A stretch of 64,000 bases of DNA from Opitutia bacterium (GTDB taxonomy: Bacteria > Verrucomicrobiota > Verrucomicrobiia > Opitutales > Opitutaceae): contig CANJVR010000001.1 in the NCBI GenBank assembly GCA_947478395.1, forward strand, positions 448,001-512,000, in the 5' to 3' direction. The stretch's first letter is position 1. Each line of letters begins with the position of its first letter. Below the pieces are notes generated by a model that was not told where the DNA came from, made no database searches, and was given only the letters and a program-made list of their open reading frames with translations. Shown here in pieces: positions 12,973 to 23,663 of this stretch. The position numbers and the translations under genes are program-made.

Positions 12973-13581
12973 ATGCGCATGTGTTCACCCCATCGTTCAG
13001 GTTTTTTCGAGCTCGTTGCGCTCGGGTTGGGTCTGCTAACCGCCAGCGTCCACGCGTCCGCCGCAACCGGCAGCGAATCGTTTTCGAGCGAGGAGCAGTC
13101 GACGACCGGACTCACTCGAATTTCACCGGCGGAGCGCGCTGAACTGGATCGGCAGATCGAGCGCGAAATCACCCTGGCGCGCGAAGGCGACGTCGTCGCG
13201 TTCGCAAAATCGTTCACCGCCCGCCGCACGGCGGCGCAGCTCGATGCCGCGGGTCTGACTCGCCTCTCCGCCGAAGAACGGGGCCAACTCGATTTCCTGA
13301 TTGCGCGCGCCATCGCCCGTCGCCCCGCGACGGCCGTCCTCCGGTTTCAAAAAAAGGAATCCGAGGATATCGAGACCGTCCGGTACCGGGCCCAGCTTCA
13401 TGGCGAGGTTTCACTCACCTACGGCACGGCGGGCCGCGAACGATATTTTTATGGCGGATCGTTGACGGCTATTCTCGACGATCCGACCCATCACCTGACC
13501 GTCGCTTTTACCTACGCCGAATATCACAGCAAAGGGCTGCGGCCTTTCGTCGACTGCGAGCCGTTCGGATATCTGCCCTGA
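12973..13581 (+). CDS. Hypothetical exported protein with two GLxxLSxxExxxLD helical motifs
   Basis: Signal-like N-terminus; TGLTRISPAERAELD and AAGLTRLSAEERGQLD; start codon uncertain. Confidence 0.65.
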   Translation: MRMCSPHRSGFFELVALGLGLLTASVHASAATGSESFSSEEQSTTGLTRISPAERAELDRQIEREITLAREGDVVAFAKSFTARRTAAQLDAAGLTRLSAEERGQLDFLIARAIARRPATAVLRFQKKESEDIETVRYRAQLHGEVSLTYGTAGRERYFYGGSLTAILDDPTHHLTVAFTYAEYHSKGLRPFVDCEPFGYLP

Positions 13582-13658
13582 CCAATCCCGGGCCGGATCT
13601 GCGCCGCCCGTGATTTCCGTTGAGCCGGGCCGCGAGCCCTCTTTCCGTCGAGCCGTTC

Positions 13659-14657
13659 ATGACTGCAAACAACCGCAAAATTCGCTGGGGCGTCTTAGGT
13701 TACGCCCGTATCGCCCGCGAAAGTGTCATCCCGGCCATGCTTCGATCGAGCAACTCGGAATTCGTCGCGCTCGCCTCCCGCGACGAGACCAAACTGCTCG
13801 AAGCGCAGAAGCGTTACTCGATTCCCAAAACCTACGTGGGCTATGAGGCCCTGCTGCAAGATCCGTCGATCGACGCGGTCTACATCCCGCTGCCGAACTC
13901 CCAACACTACGAGTGGACGCTGCGCGCCGCGGCCCACGGCAAACACGTCCTCTGTGAAAAACCTCTCGCGCTCAACGCCGCCCAGGTTCGCAACATGATC
14001 GCCACGTGCGCCACTCATCGCGTCACGTTGATGGAGGCCTTCATGTATCGCTACACGCATCGCACCACCCGGGTCCGCGAGATCATCCGCAGCGGCGTGC
14101 TCGGCGAAATCAAATTCATCCACGCGGGCTTCCGGTACCTGATGGGCAATCCCGCCTCGATCAAACTACAGCCTGCGCTCGGCGGCGGCGCGCTCTACGA
14201 TGTGGGTTGTTATCCGGTTAACCTCATCGGCTGGATCGCCGACGAAATCGCCGGCCAGCCCGGGACCGGCGCGATAAAACCCGTGTCAGTCGCGGCTGAA
14301 TCCGTGGACAGCGGCGGCATCGACCTCGTTTTTTCGGCCATCCTAAAATACGCCTCCGGCCTCGTGGCCACGGCGCATTGCGGGCTCAATGCGCATAAGC
14401 GCGTCGTCGCCGAGGTCGTCGGCACGCAAGGGGTGTTGGAAATTCCCGAGACTTACTTCGACGACGCTACGCCCTTGGTCCTCATCGCCGGCGATCAACG
14501 CACCGAGATCCCCGTCCAAGCCAGCGACCGCTACGGCCGCGAAGTCGAGGATTTCTCCGATGCCATTCTGCAAGCGCGTCGCCCGCACTTCAGCCTTGAT
14601 GAATCGCTGCGCAATGCGGAGGTGATCGACCAGCTCTTCGCCGCGGCCAAAAAATAG
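13659..14657 (+). CDS. Gfo/Idh/MocA family oxidoreductase
   Basis: IRWGVLGYARIA Rossmann start, GKHVLCEKP, GGGALYDVGCY. Confidence 0.92.
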   Translation: MTANNRKIRWGVLGYARIARESVIPAMLRSSNSEFVALASRDETKLLEAQKRYSIPKTYVGYEALLQDPSIDAVYIPLPNSQHYEWTLRAAAHGKHVLCEKPLALNAAQVRNMIATCATHRVTLMEAFMYRYTHRTTRVREIIRSGVLGEIKFIHAGFRYLMGNPASIKLQPALGGGALYDVGCYPVNLIGWIADEIAGQPGTGAIKPVSVAAESVDSGGIDLVFSAILKYASGLVATAHCGLNAHKRVVAEVVGTQGVLEIPETYFDDATPLVLIAGDQRTEIPVQASDRYGREVEDFSDAILQARRPHFSLDESLRNAEVIDQLFAAAKK

Positions 14658-15049
14658 GGCGACCTTTACTTCCGCAGTATCGGTAAAATCCTTACGTATA
14701 AGGCTCGGTGCTTTGGGACGCTCGCGTCGCTCCACTTTGCGGCGCACCAAATTCGGCATGCGCGGGCTGAACCGCAAAGATCGCAACGTGATCCTGCCGG
14801 CCGAGCGCCTCGCCGGGATAGGCCGCTTCGCCCGCTCGATTGTCCACGATTAAAAAACTTCCGCTCGGTGCTTAGCCTCGCAGCCGAATTCGGTTGCAGC
14901 GTGTCGACGCCACATCCCCTTCGGGCGAAGGGCGCGCCGTCCAGCGCACGCCCGATCGGCTTCTTATTAGCGATGGGGCCGTGGCTGATCAAATTCGACC
15001 GGCCGCCTCCCCGGCGCACGACGCTTAGACCCGGGCGTTTTCCGGAGTT

Positions 15050-15160
15050 CATCTTGCCTCTCGCCGATGAAATCAGAGCGGAAGTCGAAGGCCATGACGG
15101 TCGCCTCTGGGTGCGCAGCGAACTCGCGCGCGACGCCATCTTTTGCGTCAGGCTTCCACT
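15050..15160 (+). pseudogene. Possible degraded fragment of a histidine kinase HATPase C-terminus
   Basis: Translates LPLADEIRAEVEGHDGRLWVRSELARDAIFCVRLP, resembling LGLAxxxxIVEAHGGRIWVESExGxGATFxFxLP; no upstream kinase sequence recognisable. Confidence 0.35.
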
Positions 15161-15221
15161 TTTGACGTCGTCGGAATCGCAGGAGCGCGCTACTCCAGCC
15201 CCCCTCCGGACGAATACAGAT

Positions 15222-15890
15222 TCATTCGTGCGGACGGCGACGCGACAGATCCGCGATCAAATCCGCCATCGCCGTACGAATCGGCGAATCAACGAGAAAT
15301 TCTTCGGCCGCCGTTTTTTTCCCCCGCAGACGGAGGCCCGCATATACCTGTAGTTCGAACTGCAAACGCAGCCGATGGTGCGCCTCGTCCAGTTTGAGCG
15401 CGCGCAACAAAAACAGCAGCGCCTCGACGGTCGAAAACAATCCCGCGCCTTGTTGCGACCTCAGCCAGTACCGGCTTTTCCCCGCCATCGGCAAACTGAT
15501 GCGGCGGCCCCACCCCTCCACCCCTTTCATCATGGCCGCCGCTTCGCCCCAGCTGCCGTCGAGCAGCAACACCTGCAATTGATCCAGCGGCGGCGCCGGC
15601 GGCATCGGTTCACCGAGCGGGTGTAAAATCCAAAGCACCTTTCCCGGTTGCACGATGTCTGCCGGCTGCAGCGGCAGGTCTCGATGGTAGATGTGCGCGC
15701 GGGCGCCGGACACCGCGCGATCGATCAACCGCCCCGTGCTCGTCGGCCGCCACTGTTCGCGTTGGTGAATCAACACGTCCACTTGAAAAGGAAGCACCAC
15801 GTCGTCCCGGCCCGCACAAATGCACCAGCGCGGCGAAAGTTCGCACCGTTCGCAACGGCGGCTGCCCGCGAGAACTACACTACGTGCCAT
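15222..15890 (-). CDS. DTW-domain protein (tRNA-uridine aminocarboxypropyltransferase family)
   Basis: RCERC..WCIC Zn motif, HQREQWRPTSTG, LLDGSW (DTW variant), SRYWLR, STVEA. Confidence 0.85.
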   Translation of the reverse strand: MARSVVLAGSRRCERCELSPRWCICAGRDDVVLPFQVDVLIHQREQWRPTSTGRLIDRAVSGARAHIYHRDLPLQPADIVQPGKVLWILHPLGEPMPPAPPLDQLQVLLLDGSWGEAAAMMKGVEGWGRRISLPMAGKSRYWLRSQQGAGLFSTVEALLFLLRALKLDEAHHRLRLQFELQVYAGLRLRGKKTAAEEFLVDSPIRTAMADLIADLSRRRPHE

Positions 15891-16223
15891 GACCACGTCG
15901 CTGCGGCAAAGCCGGCGGGCCGTCAATCGCGGGACCTTAATTCACCCGCTTTTCGCCTTCTTGATTTCGCAAAAAATCGTCCCGTCGCGGCGTAACTTCG
16001 AAAAGGGCCGATGGCCAAATGACCGCCAACGTCCGACCGCGCGTGCTCCGCTGATGGTTCCTTAGTTCGCATCTTCGCCGGCCTACGCGTTTCGCTGCTC
16101 CGCCCCACCAATCCTCTCACCGCCAGCGACGCAACCCGCTCCCAATCGTCGTTGATGCCGCGCCGGAGGAATCGCTCGTCGGGCGCCCATTGATGCGCGC
16201 GTCGCACGGGGCTAGTGCGCCCA

Positions 16224-16243
16224 AAATTACAGAAAAATTACAG
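16224..16243. promoter_or_regulatory. Tandem direct repeat, OmpR/PhoB-type operator candidate
   Basis: AAATTACAG twice with 11-bp period (TTACA at 16227 and 16238); reverse strand reads TGTAAT-N5-TGTAAT. Confidence 0.4.
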
Positions 16244-16408
16244 GGCATCCGTTGGGCGTCGGGAACGCGACGGCACGGTTGCGGCGACCGAGAAATCGGT
16301 CGCCGAGGCAATGCGATCGGGCACGCGACCGACTTCGAACCGCAAACCATCCCTTGCCTCCGAAAAAACCCTACCCCGCACAACCACCGTCCGTTACCGC
16401 CCGCCGCT

Positions 16409-16657
16409 ATGATCACGCTCAGCCCGCTCCATCACCGTCACGTCCGCGACGATAACCCGAACCACCACCTTTGGAACAACCACGGGACTTGGTTTGTGCA
16501 CTTTACCATTCACCCGACCCACAACACCAAAGAGCGCGTCCGGCGGTCGCTCGGCACGAAGGACGTCGTCGTCGCGCGCAAACGACGCGATCGATTTTTC
16601 GAGCTGCTCAGCCTGGCGGAACGCCCCATCGATCTGGAAAGAGAATTCGCGGCCTGA
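16409..16657 (+). CDS. Small hypothetical protein (82 aa), putative nucleic-acid-binding three-stranded module
   Basis: NPNHHLWNNHGTWFVHFTIHP..KERVRRSLGTKDVVVARKRRD; the RRSLGTxDxxxAxxxR pattern recalls integrase arm-binding-like domains. Confidence 0.7.
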   Translation: MITLSPLHHRHVRDDNPNHHLWNNHGTWFVHFTIHPTHNTKERVRRSLGTKDVVVARKRRDRFFELLSLAERPIDLEREFAA

Positions 16658-17160
16658 GGCCGCTAGCGGGCGGTAAAACCGCGACGACGCCCGCCCCGAA
16701 AAATCACGGCCACGTCGAGCCGGACGACAAACGACGAGTTCGATTCGCGCGATATTTCGCGACGAAATGGCGCAAAATTTATCAGGGGCTCGGGCCTCAT
16801 CGCCATGTGCCTCTCTGCGGGTCCAGGAAATGGATTTTGGGTGAACGCAAATCCCTGCGCCTTTTCGTCGGCCGCCAGGCGCGCGCATATCCCCCGCGTC
16901 GGGCCGCCCTCCTCGTTTATGGCCGGGCCCGCGTTTCCCGTTTCCACCAAAGCAGCCCGCGCCTTGCGATTTTCGCTGGCAGAATTTTCCTGACGTGTTT
17001 GCGGCGAGGCACGAATCTTCCGTGCCGAAAGCACACTCATTCCGCTAACCCTTGATCTGCTGGCTTAAGGACGGTCGGGGGCACGTGGCATTACTCCGCC
17101 CCATGGCTGAAAGGCATCGTGCGGGCGACGAACAAGAAAGTAGCGCAGGTGATGGCGCTC

Positions 17161-17210
17161 GATCGTTTTTTCCTATCACCGACAGCGTTTATTAATATTT
17201 CTTTTCTATG
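17161..17210 (+). promoter_or_regulatory. AT-rich LysR/OxyR-like box upstream of katG
   Basis: ATCG-N7-CTAT (T-N11-A) at 17162-17176 followed by an AT-rich tract, ~290 nt upstream of katG. Confidence 0.4.
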
Positions 17211-17232
17211 CCCCGAACTAATATTGTTCTGA

Positions 17233-19686
<2,454 letters not shown>

Positions 19687-19894
19687 TCCGGCCACGCTCC
19701 AACCCATAAGCTGCCCCAAGTCCAGGCGCCACGCCGCGGCGAGAACAAGCCGCGGCGCAGGGCATTCGCTTGAAGGCAACGCCATGGAGTCAGGCCCAAA
19801 AATCGTCATCTGCAAAAGCCGGGGTCGACCGCGCCTTTTGCACCGAAAATAGGCCGAAAAACGACGGGATCTTCGCCCGCAAGCCGCCCATTGG

Positions 19895-20281
19895 TCAGTC
19901 TGCGTCCGGCCGACCTCTTCGTTTTTTTATGCCCGCGCGGTGCTTCTTCGATTGAATCATCCGTATCTTCTGACCGCGGGACTTCTGCCGGCTCCTGCGG
20001 CGGACTAGTTCGCGCTCGTCCGTCTGCCTCGCACTAACGAGGCGTTGGCGCTCCTCCAACTTCGCGCACAACTCGGCCCATGCCAGTTCACGATTGGCCG
20101 ACTGCGAGCGCTCCCGCTGGCACCTCGTCTCTACCCCCGAAGGGCGATGGCGCAGCCACACGCAGGAACTCGTCTTCTGCAATTTCTGTCCACCGTGACC
20201 CGAGCCGATGATAAATCGTTCATCCACGTCCGCCGCCTTCACGCCGAGAGCCGCCAATCTGACTTCAATGGACTTGTTCAT
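19895..20281 (-). CDS. Class I release-factor-like peptidyl-tRNA hydrolase (RF-1 domain, ArfB-like ribosome rescue factor)
   Basis: GSGHGGQK, RCQRERSQSANR, highly basic C-terminal tail; no codon-recognition domain. Confidence 0.85.
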   Translation of the reverse strand: MNKSIEVRLAALGVKAADVDERFIIGSGHGGQKLQKTSSCVWLRHRPSGVETRCQRERSQSANRELAWAELCAKLEERQRLVSARQTDERELVRRRSRQKSRGQKIRMIQSKKHRAGIKKRRGRPDAD

Positions 20282-20528
20282 CGCTGGAGGTCGGACACCG
20301 GCTAATATTATTGGCCATAAACGTGAGCATGTTGCTTTTCGGACCGCTCGGTCCGGAGCCGCGCACCAACGTTTCCTCTGCATCGCCGAGACGCACGCTA
20401 GGCGCAGTAAATTTTTTCAAGATTTGGGATGGCAAGCTCATGAGCGCGCGTGTTGATGTCTGAAACTCTTTTGCTCTCGCCGAGTCAAACCGGCCTCCTC
20501 CTGCTCGTCGCGCTTCCGACCTACAACC

Positions 20529-21491
20529 ATGCTCACCGGCCCCGCCTGGACCCAGAAACTTCGCACTGAAATCGGCAAAGCCGTCATCGGCCAAGACGCT
20601 GTCATCGAGCGCCTCCTCGTCGCCCTTCTGGCCAATGGCCACGTCCTTCTAGAAGGCATGCCCGGCCTGGCAAAAACCCTGCTGGTCAAATCCCTTGGTA
20701 CGACCTTGGGCATCCAGTTCGAACGCGTTCAATTCACGCCCGACCTCCTGCCCAGCGATGTCGTGGGTACGATGATCTTCCAGCCCAAGACCGGCGAATT
20801 CACCGCCCACCGCGGGCCCGTGTTCGCCAACCTCGTCCTGGCCGACGAAATCAACCGTGCCCCCGCCAAGGTGCAGAGCGCCCTACTCGAAGCCATGCAG
20901 GAACGCCAGGTCACCATCGGCGGACAAACCCATCCCCTGCCAAAGCCGTTTTTTGTGATGGCGACTCAAAATCCCGTGGAGCAGGAAGGCACTTATCCGC
21001 TGCCCGAGGCCCAGACCGATCGGTTTCTGTTTAAGCTGATCGTGGATTACCCGAGCGCCGAGGAAGAGTCCGCGATGATGTTGCGTTGGGGCCAGGTGAC
21101 CAAGCAACCCGCACTCCTGCCCGCCTCCAGCGGTGAGGAATTGTTGAGCCTGCGCGCCGAGGTCGACCGCGTCCACGTATCGCCCGCGGTGCACAACTAC
21201 ATCCTCGCGCTCGTCCGCGCCACGCGGGCCCTCACTGAAGGCCCCGTCGCCAAGCGCCACCTGACTTTCGGGGCCTCGCCGCGCGCTTCGCTTGCGCTGT
21301 ATCAATCCGGACGCGCCCTTGCCTGGATCCGCGGACAGGACTTTGTCTCGCCCGCGCTCATCCAGGAACTCGCGCCAGATGTCCTGCGCCACCGCATCGG
21401 GCTCACCTACGAAGCCGAAGCCCAGGAAGTCACGGCCGACATTCTCATCGCCCAGGTGATCAAAGCCACCCCGGTGCCGGCGACCACGTAA
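20529..21491 (+). CDS. moxR: MoxR family AAA+ ATPase
   Basis: GMPGLAKT, QFTPDLLPSD, LADEINRAPAKVQSALLEAM, ATQNPVEQEGTYPLPEAQ, GASPRA. Confidence 0.95.
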   Translation: MLTGPAWTQKLRTEIGKAVIGQDAVIERLLVALLANGHVLLEGMPGLAKTLLVKSLGTTLGIQFERVQFTPDLLPSDVVGTMIFQPKTGEFTAHRGPVFANLVLADEINRAPAKVQSALLEAMQERQVTIGGQTHPLPKPFFVMATQNPVEQEGTYPLPEAQTDRFLFKLIVDYPSAEEESAMMLRWGQVTKQPALLPASSGEELLSLRAEVDRVHVSPAVHNYILALVRATRALTEGPVAKRHLTFGASPRASLALYQSGRALAWIRGQDFVSPALIQELAPDVLRHRIGLTYEAEAQEVTADILIAQVIKATPVPATT

Positions 21492-21557
21492 CGCCTTCCG
21501 ACTCCGACTTGTGTTTCCCAACGGCCCGATCACGACCTGGCTCACGACGATGTTTTT

Positions 21558-22469
21558 TTGCCCGTGACTACGGTTCCCGATAATTCCACCACGCAGAACC
21601 CGCTCGCGCTCCTCCGCCAGCTCGAGTGGCGGGTGCGCCATGCCGTGGAAAACGTCCTGAGCGGCGAATATCGGTCCGCCTTTCGCGGACGGGGCATGGA
21701 GTTCGACCAGGTCGTGAAATACACTTACGGCGACGACGTCCGCGACATCGACTGGAACGTCACCGCGCGCCTCGGCGAGCCCTACCGCAAAAAATTCGTC
21801 GAGGAACGCGAAATCTCACTGCTTGTCGTCTTCGAAGACACGCCGAGCCTGCAGTTCGGATCCGGCGCCCAATCGAAACGCGAGGCGCTCCTCGAGCTCG
21901 CCGGGCTCGTGATCCTGCTCGGCGCGGTCAACCGCGATCGCGTCGGCTTCGTCCACGTTGCGCCTGGCGGTTATTTGTTTCGCGAGCCGGTCCGCGGGCG
22001 CGGAGCCATTCTCCACGCCGCAGCCACGCTGCTCGGCCGTCCCGCGCCCGATCCGGCGGACCAAAGACCGCTCGAAATTCCATGGCGCCTGCTCTCCCGC
22101 GCCGCGCCCAAGCACAGCGTCCTACTTTGGCTCAGCGATTTTCCGCCGCGCGCCGTGCCCGAAGGCTGGATCGTCCTCGCCCGTCGCTATCAACCGATGG
22201 GCTTCCGGGTCGACGATCCCTGGGAACGCGAGCTACCGACGCGCGGCCCTTTTGCCGCGTACGATCCTACGGCGGGCCGGCTCGTGACGCTCGAAAACTC
22301 CGCGGCCGAACGCACCGCCCATGCCGCCTGGCGAAGCGAGCGCGAACAATCGTTCAACACCCTTTTTCCGAACATCCTCAGCCGGCTCGTGGTCAGTACC
22401 GACGAAAACCGCCTCGATGCGCTGGTCCGTTTTTTCCACGCGCGCATGAAGGCCGGATCGATTCGGTAG
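21558..22469 (+). CDS. DUF58 domain protein
   Basis: GEYRSAFRGRGMEF, GDDVRDIDWNVTAR, FVEERE; follows moxR. Confidence 0.92.
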   Translation: MPVTTVPDNSTTQNPLALLRQLEWRVRHAVENVLSGEYRSAFRGRGMEFDQVVKYTYGDDVRDIDWNVTARLGEPYRKKFVEEREISLLVVFEDTPSLQFGSGAQSKREALLELAGLVILLGAVNRDRVGFVHVAPGGYLFREPVRGRGAILHAAATLLGRPAPDPADQRPLEIPWRLLSRAAPKHSVLLWLSDFPPRAVPEGWIVLARRYQPMGFRVDDPWERELPTRGPFAAYDPTAGRLVTLENSAAERTAHAAWRSEREQSFNTLFPNILSRLVVSTDENRLDALVRFFHARMKAGSIR

Positions 22470-22619
22470 GAAATTTCAAAACCCGATGGTCCAACGCCAA
22501 AGAAAATCGCAAGGTTCAGGCGGGCTCTTCGCGGCCGGGCCGCGCGCGTATTTGGGATTTTCACTCCGGTTGAATTCTATCTGGCCCTTAAAATTTGGCC
22601 TTTGGAATCCCCTCCAGCC

Positions 22620-23663
22620 ATGAAGCACTTCGTTCTTCACGATCCGCTTTGGCTCCTCGCCCTCGCCGCGCTGCCGTTTCTCATCTGGCTGCGTTCGCGG
22701 CGCCGGGTTTCCGTGCTCGTCGTGCCTTTCGCGGCCGCATGGCACCGGCCGTCCCTCGCCGCCGCCTCCCGCTGGCCCACCGGACTGGCCTTCACTGGCC
22801 TCGCCCTGATCATCGGCGCGCTCGCCCGGCCCCAACGCGTCGAGGACAAACGCGAAGTTCACTCGCAAGGTTACGACATCGTACTCTCCATCGACCTTTC
22901 CTCGTCGATGCTGGCCGAGGACTACGAAAAAGACGGCGGCCGCATCAACCGCCTTCAGGCCATCAAGCCCATCATCCAAGCCTTCATCGAACAGCGGCCG
23001 GCCGATCGCATCGGGATCGTGCTGTTCTCGGGGCGCGCCTACACCATGGCGCCGCTCACGATGGATCACGACTGGCTCGCCGCCCAACTCGAGCGCGTAA
23101 AAATTGGCCTGATCGAAGACGGCACTGCGATCGGCGACGGCCTCGGCGTCGCGCTCACCCGCCTCGAACAGGCTAAGCGCCAGTCGGGTGGAAAACGCCA
23201 GGGCGCTTTCATCGTGCTTCTGACGGACGGCGCTAACAATCGCGGCGCGCTTTCGCCGACCCAAGCCGCTGAACTCGCCAAATCACGCGACATCCCGATT
23301 TACGCGATCGGTGCCGGCAAAGATGGCATCGTCCCATTTCCCGTCTTCGACGAAAAAGGCAACAAGGTCGGCTACCGCCGCATGCTTTCCGATCTCGACG
23401 AAGGCGCGCTGCGTGAACTCGCCGAGTCGACCAATGGGAAATTTTTCCGCGCCTCCGACACCGGCGCGGCCGAGGCGGCCTTCAAGGCCATCGATCGCGC
23501 CCAGAAAATCGAGTTCCAGGCCAAGAGCTACCTGATCACGACGGAGCTTTTTCTCTGGCTCGCCATTCCCGCAGGCGTGTTGCTGCTCGCGGGCGGACTG
23601 CTCGGGCGGACGCGCGCCTCAGCCCGCGTCTCGGCCGCACCCGCGCTCGCTTCCGCCAACTGA
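22620..23663 (+). CDS. batA: BatA-like VWA domain membrane protein
   Basis: N-terminal double TM with ALARPQ, MIDAS DLSSSM, DRIGIVLFSG, GTAIGDG, LLTDGANN. Confidence 0.85.
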   Translation: MKHFVLHDPLWLLALAALPFLIWLRSRRRVSVLVVPFAAAWHRPSLAAASRWPTGLAFTGLALIIGALARPQRVEDKREVHSQGYDIVLSIDLSSSMLAEDYEKDGGRINRLQAIKPIIQAFIEQRPADRIGIVLFSGRAYTMAPLTMDHDWLAAQLERVKIGLIEDGTAIGDGLGVALTRLEQAKRQSGGKRQGAFIVLLTDGANNRGALSPTQAAELAKSRDIPIYAIGAGKDGIVPFPVFDEKGNKVGYRRMLSDLDEGALRELAESTNGKFFRASDTGAAEAAFKAIDRAQKIEFQAKSYLITTELFLWLAIPAGVLLLAGGLLGRTRASARVSAAPALASAN

